Below the pieces are notes generated by a model that saw only the letters and a list, made by a program, of their open reading frames with translations, was not told where the DNA came from and made no database searches. This document shows positions 52,846 through 64,000 of a stretch of 64,000 nt of DNA, piece by piece. This DNA comes from Eledone cirrhosa (Eukaryota). The DNA lies in assembly GCA_964016885.1 (NCBI GenBank), contig OZ024741.1, positions 354,020,001-354,084,000 on the forward strand, written 5' to 3'. Position 1 is the first letter of the stretch. Each line of letters starts with the position of its first letter. The translations under genes and the position numbers were made by a program.

Positions 52846-53185
52846 TAATATAGGATGTCGCCAGGTTTTTCCGCGGGCATTAGCGGTGCAAGTGCAACAA
52901 TAGAAAGAAAATCGTAATATAAATATGATTGTAATGAAAGGATAACCTTAAATGATACCCAAACCACATTTAAAAGATCCCATTCCGTCACGAATGACCA
53001 TGATATCTGTGCCTAGAAATGTATTGACGAGTATTGACGTACATGTACGTCAATACTCATCTTTTTCCATTTATCTGAGGGTTCTAAACCCCATTATCAG
53101 GCTAAAATTTCTTTAGTCAAAAATACGGTGAAAGCTATTCTATTTTCTAATTTCAAACCTGCTCACTGTTTCAAAAACATACTTA

Positions 53186-53265
<80 letters not shown>

Positions 53266-53737
53266 CTAGGAATTGATCAACATATATATAAATAAATATA
53301 AACATGAAAAATCACAGGAGATAATTTTTACAAGCGTGTAACCACGCATGGCTAGTAGGTAACAAATAAATAAAGTTAACTAGAACTTCAAAAATATATA
53401 CCTTTTAATGATTAATCTTCCCTGTATATATTTCATTAAAGAAATATATTTCACCAATTAATCAGATGGTAAGTCACGGAAAGTGGATATTATTGGATTG
53501 TCAACAAGGAAGAACAATATCAAGCGATCCATGTTTACACTTCGAGTCAAAATCTTAAACTGGCCGCTACCACGTGTTGATATTACACATCACATCGGCT
53601 TCGTTTCAGTGGCGTGAATAGGTATTCGACAACTAGAAATAGCAGTCAATTCCCTTCAACAGAGTTAGCTCTACAATTAAGGAGCAGTATTTATATATCT
53701 ATATCCAAAATTAAGATAGATTAAAAGAATTCAATCA

Positions 53738-53782
<45 letters not shown>

Positions 53783-53785
53783 AGT

Positions 53786-54414
53786 CAGGGGCGAAGGGTC
53801 CGTGCATGCGTTAGAGAATCTTGAGTTGATCAATTGCGTCGGTTGAAGCAAGCAGAATTTTGGCTGCTTACTAAAACGTATAGGGACAAAAAAAGATAAC
53901 ACACACTCATACACATACACACGAACACACGATAGCTTTGGGGCAAGCAGAATTTTGACTTCTTACTAAATCGTAGACACATAAAAGATAACACACACAC
54001 ACACATACACACAAACACACGACAGCTTTGGGGCAAGCAGAATTTTGACTGCTTACTAAATCGTAGACACATAAAAAGATAATACACACACACATACACA
54101 CACATACACACAAACACACGACAGCTTTGGGGCAAGCAGAATTTTGACTGCTTACTAAATCGTAGACACATAAAAAGATAACACACACATACACACAAAC
54201 ACACGACAGCTTTGGGGCAAGCAGAATTTTGACTGCTTACTAAATCGTAGACACATAAAAAGATAACACACACACACACACTAGATAACACTACATGCGG
54301 CTTTGACCGGGAGGGTCATTTAGAAGGAATTGGCGGGGGTAAGGCTGCACAGCCCACTTTCCGCCATGGCGATTGGACTGCATGCTCTGCTTTCCAGGTT
54401 ACCCTTCGCCACTC
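53786..54414. mobile_element. Probable MITE with short TIRs, containing a minisatellite of about 85-100 bp (about 5 units, 53848-54280)
   Basis: CAGGGGCGAAGGGT ... ACCCTTCGCCACTC. Repeat unit GCAAGCAGAATTTTGACTGCTTACTAAATCGTAGACAC plus a variable (CA)n. Confidence 0.55.
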
Positions 54415-55574
54415 GTGTGTGTGTGTGTGTGGATGGTTGTATATATATATAATATAAATGTAATCCAATGCTATTATTTAAAAAATGTTTGCTACCATTA
54501 ACCAATTCGATTTAAGTGAGCATGTACAGAAAACCTCTAAATAACAGTAACGAGTTTTTATAAGGTTGTGCTCATAAATGAAACGTTTCTACTTCGATCT
54601 GCAGCACATAAACTGACATTAATGAAATGAAATGATACATTAGAACTATGAATAACGGTGCGAAATATTTCAGACAGAATTTTTATTATTGATTGCAAAT
54701 TTGTTATAGTCTATTTTTATTATGGCAAATACTCTTCGAACAAATTTCTCTTTAGTTCGATTTGGATTTGGTGATGTGAATATAAATCGGTGGTCATTTT
54801 TATTATTAGTTTGAAGCGAACCGAAATATAAACTTGGTGTTCAAACACGATCATGTTTTGATAACTTCACTCTTAAATATTTTTTGGTTTTTAAATAACA
54901 ATGTTATGACAATCAGTAGTAACTCTATTCCTTTATGAGCTTAAATGTTTTTCGCGCTGTTATGTAGCTTGCGTTAGTAATGTTAACGACTTTTTTAAGT
55001 TATTCAGGTTCATTTTTCTCATATACGAAATTCGGAGGACAGTTTTTATGATCTCAATGTAATAATGATGATGGCCAATCATTGCGGTAGAAAGTCAAAC
55101 TTGCTACCTATATTCTCTAGTGCAACGATTCTGTTTTGCTTAACGTGTAGATAATAGCTTGTTAATAAGCAATGAATGGTGTAGAAGTGGAGAAAATAGC
55201 TGAATGCACTCGAAATACAAAGCCATGTTTTGCGGGGTAGGAATTTTGTTTAATCATCCATTGCGGGGTAGGAATTTTGTTTAATCATCCATTAGAATTA
55301 AGCTTAGACTTCAATAAAATATTTACAACATAAAATCTTGACCACAATAAAAAGGATTTTATAAAAATGATTATTGACACTACAAATACTTCTATTTTCT
55401 ATAGAATGTTATGTTATATAAACTAGAAATCTCATAAATGCTAAACTAACAAATGTTAGGCTTAGTAACAAACGAATTACAAATAGTATCGACTCTATGA
55501 AGTACAGAATGAAAATTGGAGGAAAATGTATTTTAACGTACTTAAGCTTTTCCTGTAGGTAATTGTAAGTCATA

Positions 55575-55870
55575 AGTTGCCCCTGAAGTGGGAATACAAA
55601 TGGAATAAAACAGGTTTCGCGTAAATCGGAGCACAGGTTCCTGAGATATGGGGTTTTTCCGGGTACCTTCATAAACAAAGAGAGAGAGAGATAGAGAGGA
55701 AGAGATAGTAGTTGTTACAGAGTAGATTGAAAGAGAGACATAGAGAGAGAGAGAGGAGACAGAGAAGGAGAACGGAAGAGAACTGGTGGTGTTGTTGTGT
55801 ATATATATATGAGTATGTGTATATATATATGTGTGTCTACGACCAGTGCATATAGATCACAGACACCCAC

Positions 55871-55905
<35 letters not shown>

Positions 55906-56506
55906 TACATATATATGTATACACACACACATTTATATATATACATACACACATATATATATGGACCTTTCAGTTTCATTTCACATTATATACATGTCTG
56001 TGTATATTTTTGTTATTTAAAAATCATTTTTAAGGGAACATGGTTTTTTTTTAATATTTTTAAGTGAACGTGACCCAACGGGCCACGGGTGGTCTAGTGT
56101 ATTACTAAAACTCTGTGATTACTAGCTTGTTTGTCTGTAATTTAATACAGCCAAAAGGGCGCTTAATGGGAAAATACTTTGAGAGAAAGTTGACTCTGAA
56201 ATGGGAATACAAATGGAACAGAACAAGTTTCGAGTAAATCGGAGCACGCGTTCCCGAGATATGGGGTTTTTCCGGGTACCTTCATAAACAGAAAGAGAAC
56301 GAGAAAGATAGAGAAATATGAGAAGACGGAGGAGACTGGAAGAGAGAGATAGCTGGTGGTGGTGTTGTGTATATACATATATATATATATGAGTGTGTGT
56401 GTATATGTGTGTGTGTCTATGACTAGTGTATATAGATCACAGATACCCACATATGTATATATATACACACAGATGCATATATATATGTATACACACACAC
56501 ACATAC

Positions 56507-56549
<43 letters not shown>

Positions 56550-57216
56550 AGAAAGTACGTCCATAGAATCATTTGATAAAATATATACATTATTTCCTCT
56601 CCCAATCAGCATAATCAACCACACAAAAAAAAAACAATTAAACCAGGCTATAAGATAAAAAGGCACCTATGAAGAAATAATAGATAAATAAACGACAGCT
56701 ATCTATCCGTGATCAACAGCTATAGAATATTTACCCAGCATTTCTAATAGCACGTGGAAATCGATTAAATATATCGTCAACCATACATAGGTATAAAATC
56801 AAAGTTAGAAGAAAAAAAGTATATAAGCATACCAAAATTATGTTTTTACCCCATGAGGTTTCATTCGCTTTTTGGAAATATCCGATCGAGGATAAATTCA
56901 CGAGTTTCGAAATCATCAGGAAACAAACTCACTTGGACGAAGATTTTTCTTAAATGATCCCCGCCAGAAACGAATTCAAAATGGCTAAGAACTGTGACGT
57001 GGCAGTGGTCAAGTCAGAAAGAATGTCAGAAAGAATATATATATACATTTATATATATATACATATACACACATATATATATGGGCCTTCCAGTTTCATT
57101 TCACATCATAATCATGTCTGTGTATATTTTAATCATTTAAAAATAATTTTTAAGTACACGTGATTTTTTTAAAATATTTTGAAGTGAACGTGACCCAACG
57201 GGTCACGGTGGTCTAG
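55575..57216 (+). mobile_element. Two tandem non-autonomous Helitron copies (about 55575-56097 and 56099-57216)
   Basis: Each ends GTGAACGTGACCCAACGGG.CACGG..GGTCTAG|T. Homologous to 39112-40274. Confidence 0.78.
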
Positions 57217-57554
57217 TATAGAACAAAATCGAAGACAATCCAAATATTTACCACAATGTAACAAATTTGAGTTTCAACAAACTTAACAATGAAACGAAAT
57301 CGTTAGCATGATGAAACAATGTTATGAAGATCTATAAATGTATACATCAAAATACATATAATGGCATTTATAAGACGTGCAGATTTCACTGGTTCTTCTA
57401 GCAAAGTATTAATGTATGATCTGAAAGCCATTTCCTCCTATCGCCCGGATTAACCAAGATCTAATGGAATGTCTGCTGCCAAGAACAGAACATACAGTTC
57501 TTCAAACTGAGAACAACGTTATCAAATGTTTAAGTCTGTGTGTAAGGACGATGA

Positions 57555-57910
57555 ATTGACAGAGTTGTTGAAGCGTCCGTAAAATGTTTAGCAGTATTTG
57601 TCCACGCACTTTATGTTCCCACCGAGGTCAACTTTGCCTTTAGGGGTCGATAAAATAAAGTACCAGTAAAGTACTCGGGTCGACCTAATCGACTTTCCCC
57701 TCAGCCAAAAGTCATGGCCATATGCATAAACCAGAAGCAGTATTTGTTCAGGCACTTTACTTTCTGAGTTCAAATCCCTCCGAAATCAACTTTGCCTTTC
57801 ATCCTTTCGAAGTCAATAAAATAAATTATCAGTAAAGTACTGGGATTGGTATAATCAACTTTTTCCTCCCCACAAATTGTTGGACTTATGCCTAAATTAG
57901 AAATCATTAT
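57555..57910 (+). mobile_element. Two degenerate SINE copies
   Basis: Family core CAACTTTGCCTTT...GTC.ATAAAATAAA.TA.CAG occurs twice. Confidence 0.7.
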
Positions 57911-58960
57911 TATGTGTGTGCGTGTTTTTTTACGTTTTTCATTCAATACTTAACTTACTTTCAAGAGTTGAACTTTTATTCAAGTATCATAATACTTCAA
58001 CCAAGAAATGTCTGAGAAGGGCTCAAACTCTGCCACTTCACTTCAGACTTACTAATAATGAAGAAACAAATCTAACAAAGATGTAAAACTGTTCACATTA
58101 ATGAAATACTTGTTCTTTTTCTACTTGAAATCTGGAGAATTAAAACGAACGTGTTCGTTTCTAAAGAGTGTCTATTAAACGTTAGTTACTTAGAGGTTCA
58201 AATAAATAGCTTTTCACTAAAGTACCTTCTGTAGGTAGGAAAATAGCCAAGGATTCTGAAAAGACTTTTTCATTTGTTTTTCTAGCTGAATATATCTGGT
58301 ATACAGCTATATATCTTGTTGATTACATGTCGTTGTTTTCGGATATTTGAAAATAAATATAGGAAATATTAGATTAAATAAGTAGGACATTGACTGCACC
58401 AAATTAATTACATAAATTGTAAAGCAAATTAATCGCATTCATTCACTTTATTATATCCCGCATTGTTCGTTCAAGTTTCAAAGCTAAAATTACAATAATA
58501 TTGTTAGTCTATAGTATATACTTCAAATTCTTGCATGTACTATAGTTATAAGAAAATAGAATCAAAACGGGGAACTATTAAAAGTATTAATCTAGCAGCC
58601 CAGTTACTGCGGATATTTCAGTGAAAGAACAAAGACAATAAACTACAATAATTAATGTTATTGTATGTACATTAATATGATTCTTGGAAAACGATGCCGG
58701 AGATGATGTCGGTTGATTGGGTATTGAACTGAAGGCGCTAAAAGTATCAGTAGCATACTTTAACTCTACACGTCCCGGGATATTGGAATGGTAGAGGCAA
58801 TAGACATATTTCCTTTCCAGACGATATACCTTTCCGTTGCCTAATGCAGCTAAGGATTAAGTCCTACGAGCCCTTGGGGAAAAGTTATATATATTTAGAT
58901 GTACAAATACGTGCGTAGCTATGTAGTTATATATATATAAGTAGCTTTGTATGTACGAAC

Positions 58961-58991
<31 letters not shown>

Positions 58992-58997
58992 TGTTAT

Positions 58998-59567
58998 GTC
59001 AGGTCACCAGTTGGTGCTACTGGTAACATGTATCCCAGTACAACCTGTCCCAAGGTTTCTTGGTGAGGAGGGTGACTTTGGACATCCTGCAGGACTAAAA
59101 ACAAAACCTGTCAAAGGGCAAAGGAGCTCTTAAGAGTCAATGGCCATCCAAAATCACCGGGAGAGATGACCCCTTAGCCTTTGTCAAGGCAGAATTCTAG
59201 AAGGAAAACTCTGATATATCACCTGCAACCCTGATGGTATCCAATGATGTTGACTTGTTCTTCTTTTTGGTAAATATCATCTTGGTTAAGAGAGTGGGAC
59301 TGGCTTTGTGCAATGCCTTTGCTCACTATAAAAGCTTCACGACACAAGCATTGCTTTATATCTGGAGATCTCTCTGCACTTGTCGTCACATGGTACCATG
59401 GGCCCAGCACTATGTGTCAATAATTGTCACAAGTGTAGTGTTTGTACCAGAGTTTTCAAGTCGCTGGCTGGACTAAAAAGTCACACTCGTTCAGCGCATC
59501 GGTAGGGGTTCTCCTACATGGATATAAAGTAGTGGCCGTACTCGAAAACGAGTTGGCAGCCACCATG
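58998..59567 (+). mobile_element. Short RTE-derived non-autonomous element, copy E
   Basis: Matches copy D with an internal deletion of about 40 bp; micro-ORF at 59398-59505. Confidence 0.85.
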
Positions 59568-59584
59568 TATGTACGTATGTATGT

Positions 59585-59838
59585 CACTCTGATATAAAAC
59601 CTGCGTCTTGGTTTCCATCCAATGGTGTAGACCAGTTCTTCTTTTGGGGCAAATGCATTCGATGTTCAGAGAGTGGGATTGGTCCCATGCAAAACCTTTC
59701 CTCGCTTAAAAAGGTTTCAAGCACAGGAATCGCTTGATATGTGGCATTAGCAGGACTAAAAAGCCACGTCCGCGATGCTCTTGCTTAAGTATCAAGCTAT
59801 GGCATTACTCAAAATCGAGTTGCAGCCATCATCATCAT
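59585..59838 (+). mobile_element. Divergent sister of the RTE-derived element, with a (CAT)n tail
   Basis: CTCTGATATAAAACCTGC, GAGAGTGGGA, the LAGLKSHVR-coding segment and TACTCAAAATCGAGTTGCAGCCATC. Confidence 0.6.
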
Positions 59839-61021
59839 GTATGTATGTATGTGTTTATGTATGTATGTATATATGTGAGCGTAAAGGTACGTGGTTTACC
59901 GTTTAGTGAGTTCGACTTGCGGTCGTAAGATCGTAAGTTCGATTTCAGACGATTGAGTCCTTGAGCAAGACACTTATTTCACTTTGAAGGCAAAAATGAG
60001 TGCGCACGTCGGGGAAATGCTCGGGCATTCTCACGTGAATTTAACGAACAGGCTGTTTCGTTGATCGAATCGGCTGGAACACTCGTCGGCGGAACCGACA
60101 GAACTCCATTAAGCAAATACACATATACTCATATGTATCCGTAACTCCTAATGGAATCGTAGGGGCACCGTAGTAACATACGGCGTTTCTTGAGCATTTT
60201 AAACTTGACGGAACCCATCCCCTCTCCCGGTCTAAACACACCCGATTTCTTCAAGAGAAAATAAGAAGAGAGCGTAAGTGTAAAAGAGATATACAAGAAG
60301 AATCGACTCCAGTATTGGACTGGTACGTTTTTATATCGATTCGAAAGGATGAAAGGCAAAGCTGAATTCGGCGGGATTTGAATTCGGAACGCAAAGTGAT
60401 GGAACGAATACCGCAAAGCATTTTACTCGACTTTCTGACGACTCGTGTACATGTATGCATGTATGTACGTATGTATTTATGCATGTATGTATATATGTAT
60501 GTATGTATGTGTGTATGTATGTATGTGTGTGTGTATGTATTATTCTGTGTAAATAACAAAACTTCGATGAAAAACACTGAATAAATGTATAGACGACAGT
60601 TCTTCTTTGTTTCTTTTTCAAAAGAATTGGAAGTACTCTGAATATTAATGGCAGAGACGGATCGTTCGAATATGCCAGAATCAATAGAATGTTCTTTGAA
60701 TGAAACAAACAACGCTGAGCAGAGCAAGCTTGGTAGTTTGACCTTGTATTGAGTTGGGAGTAAAAAGTAACAAAATACCAACGCTATCTACTTGATAAGT
60801 GGCCAGGACGAAAGGTTCAATAACATAATGAAGTGTAAGTTGGAATATATTTCTAGAGAAAAAGAATGTTTGTAATGGTGTACATGTGTGTATCTGTGTG
60901 GAGGACGTGCGGTTGTTTGAACCAACCTATAGATAGATTAAATATATAAACGTATGTATGTTGAACGAACGTGCACATATATAGATACAAATATACATGG
61001 ATATATAAAAATCAATACATG

Positions 61022-61096
<75 letters not shown>

Positions 61097-61130
61097 TATA
61101 ATTACACATATATATATATTATATATATAT

Positions 61131-61631
<501 letters not shown>

Positions 61632-62344
61632 GGGAGGTTATAGTTCACTTGAAGCATTGTGTAATGAGGTATAAACGTTTGAATATGTATAATAAAGCCA
61701 AAACAATGCAGGTATGGACATAGAAAAAAGAATGCAATTGCAAAAGATATTGTTGACAATTCGTCTTTTACCTTAGATTTATTTTAAACGTCCTTAATTT
61801 TCGAGATAATATCTCTTCTTCAGAGGGAAATAAAGGTTTCAAACCAGCGTTCTAAATATCTTGCCAAGCCATGTTGACAGGAAATAGTATAGAGTATCTG
61901 TTCAAAGAGTTAAAATTAGGTGGATAAAGAGTAGTCTCCCTTTAAAAGGGGTTTGTTTAGGGTTTTTTTTTTATTTTTATATACATGCCTGTTTAAGTGT
62001 GTGGGAGAATGCATGAAGGTGTAAGTATGTGAGTGTGTGTGTGTGTGAGTGTGAGAAGATAAGTCTATTCGAAAATGTGGGGGATAGGTGTTATCTGGTG
62101 TTAGAACTGATTTTGTGTGTGTATGTGTGAGAGAGAATAAGTGGAGGTGTAAGCGTGTGTGTGTGTGTGTGTGTATGGGTGTTATGGTTTCCGGGGAAGT
62201 TCATTGGCCTGTTAAAGATTTTTGTTGGAGAGCAGGATTGTTCCTAAAACAACAATGATTGGGAGATTTTTGTGATAGGCTATGATGTAGTTATAGGAAG
62301 GATGGCAATGGATTATTCCCCTTTCTAGGACGGGTCAAACAAAG

Positions 62345-63332
62345 CCTGCTGGCCATCACCTACATGAACCAGCTAGAATGCCGAGCCCTCAACACCTGCC
62401 ATTCCCATGCCTTCTTCACCCGATATGTAGATGACATACTCATCCTCACATCATCCCGTGAGGAGGCAGATAAAATATACACAACATTCTCCAGCATGGA
62501 CGCCAGTATAAAGTTCAGCATGGAACACCCCGATGACCGCGGATCCCTATCCCTACTGGACTTCCAACTCAGGGTAACAGAGGAAGGCAACATCCACACC
62601 TGCTTCTAAAAAAAAGCCGCCAGCAGGGACCTGTTCGTACATTTCAGATCGGCCCTCCCACTCGGTGCCAAGTTCGGATACATAAGGAACGAACTGGCAC
62701 GTATCCGGAACAAATGCACCGACGCTAGAGACCGAGACACACACACCACACATTTCCTGGAAGTACTCAAACTGAACGGATACACGACATCCACCACAAA
62801 CCGTGCCAGAAAGAACAGAGGACACCACACCCGAGGCACTAACACTTGCTTCCTGAAGCTCCCACACTTCAGTGAAGAAACAACAACAGCCATCCGCAGA
62901 GCCATCAGACGAGAAGGACTAGATATCCAACTGGCCCACTCAGGTCCTTCTCTGCGCTGACAGCTAGCCAAAAGACACTCCACCAGACATGACAACTGCT
63001 GCAGACTAGCCAACTGCCCCATCAACGACACAGACCTATGCCACCAGGCTTACGTCGTATACAGACTAGAGTGTGACAAATGCAACAACTTCTACGTAGG
63101 TAGCACCACCAGACCACTCCACATAAGAATAAAAGAACACCTCAATACTAACGCTTCCTCATTTAAGAAACACCTAGTTAAATGCAAAAACACCGACAAA
63201 ACCATAACAGTTAGGATAGAAACTAAGGAAAGAAACCTCGGCAATCTTAGAATTAAGGAAGCACTAATTATAGATAAAACACAACCACCAGTCAATAATA
63301 GACTAGAACTCAACACCCAATTTATAACCTGA
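62345..63332 (+). pseudogene. Penelope RT (C-terminal half) + GIY-YIG endonuclease with two in-frame stops
   Basis: One frame: RYVDDIL, SLLDF, F*KKAASRDLFVHFRSALP, LKLPHFSE, SLR*QL, VVYRLECDKCNNFYVGST, RIKEH, LRIKEALII. Confidence 0.9.
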
Positions 63333-63730
63333 TAGGGCTTCTAGCCCCATATTTACACACCCCATACACACACGCGCACGCACACACACACACGCTTACA
63401 CCTCCACTTATTCTCTCTCACACATACACACACAAAACCAGTTCTAACACCAGATAACACCTATCCCCCACATTTACGAATAGACTTATCTTCTCACACT
63501 CACACACACACACTCACATACTTACACCTTCATGCATTCTCCCACACACTTAAACAGGCATGTATATAAAAACTTTAAAAAAACCTAAACAAACCCCTTT
63601 TAAAGGGAGACTACTCTTTATCCACCTAATTTTAACTCTTTGACATTAGAGATAGAACAGATACTCTATACTATTTCCTGTCAGCATGGCTTGGCAAGAT
63701 ATTTAGAACGCTGGTTTGAGACCTTTATTT

Positions 63731-63767
63731 CCCTCTGAAGAAGAGATATTATCTCGAAAATTAAGGG
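63731..63767 (+). ncRNA. Minimal hammerhead-like motif in the pLTR (mirror copy at 61791-61827, minus)
   Basis: CCCT-CTGAAGA-A-GAGATA-T-TATCTC-GAAA-AT-TA-AGGG. Stem III could only form in a dimer via the palindromic AATT. Confidence 0.6.
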
Positions 63768-63881
63768 CGTTTAAAATAAATCTAAGGTAAAAGACGAATT
63801 GTCAACAATATCTTTTGCAATTGCATTCTTTTTTCTATGTCCATACCTGCATTGTTTTGGCTTTATTATACATATTCAAAC

Positions 63882-63983
<102 letters not shown>

Positions 63984-64000
63984 GTATATATGTATGTATA

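Noticed and set aside
53848-54280. Repeat-spacer-like array of about 90-bp period
   Set aside because: The apparent spacers are only length-variable (CA)n; this is an ordinary minisatellite.
56895-56925. CTGATGA-TTTC-GAAACTCG on the minus strand inside an insertion in the Helitron
   Set aside because: No stem II can form; it may be a decayed ribozyme but I cannot support the call.
62958-62960. In-frame TGA in the Penelope ORF as possible selenocysteine
   Set aside because: It is not at a Cys position, and the homologous element near 47255 has Arg here, so CGA>TGA decay is the simpler explanation. The frame also contains a TAA.

Overview
This is AT-rich, microsatellite-laden eukaryotic DNA; the SINE and microsatellite content looks like an octopod cephalopod (inference). 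I found no convincing host CDS, and nearly everything interpretable is repeat or mobile DNA. The window holds: a 21-bp minisatellite (1-4178); an 18-kb retrotransposon nest within (ATT)n tracts, made of three Tx1/L1-clade LINEs (one with an intact 1139-aa ORF2), an antisense R4/Dong-type RLE LINE and an RTE remnant; a second R4/Dong remnant; three Penelope-like (GIY-YIG) remnants; several palindromic or direct-repeat elements in (TA)n that carry type I hammerhead ribozyme motifs; five copies of a short RTE-derived non-autonomous element with an intact 35-codon C2H2 micro-ORF; non-autonomous Helitrons, MITEs and many tRNA-derived SINEs. The most novel-looking signals are (i) a 52-53 nt GT-AG mini-intron spanning the Tx1 ORF1 stop whose removal would fuse ORF1 and ORF2 in frame in all three copies, (ii) fold-back elements whose hairpin apex looks like a hammerhead stem II, and (iii) hammerhead-bearing ORF-less repeats. 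These are hypotheses from reading the sequence by eye; no searches or folding computations were run.
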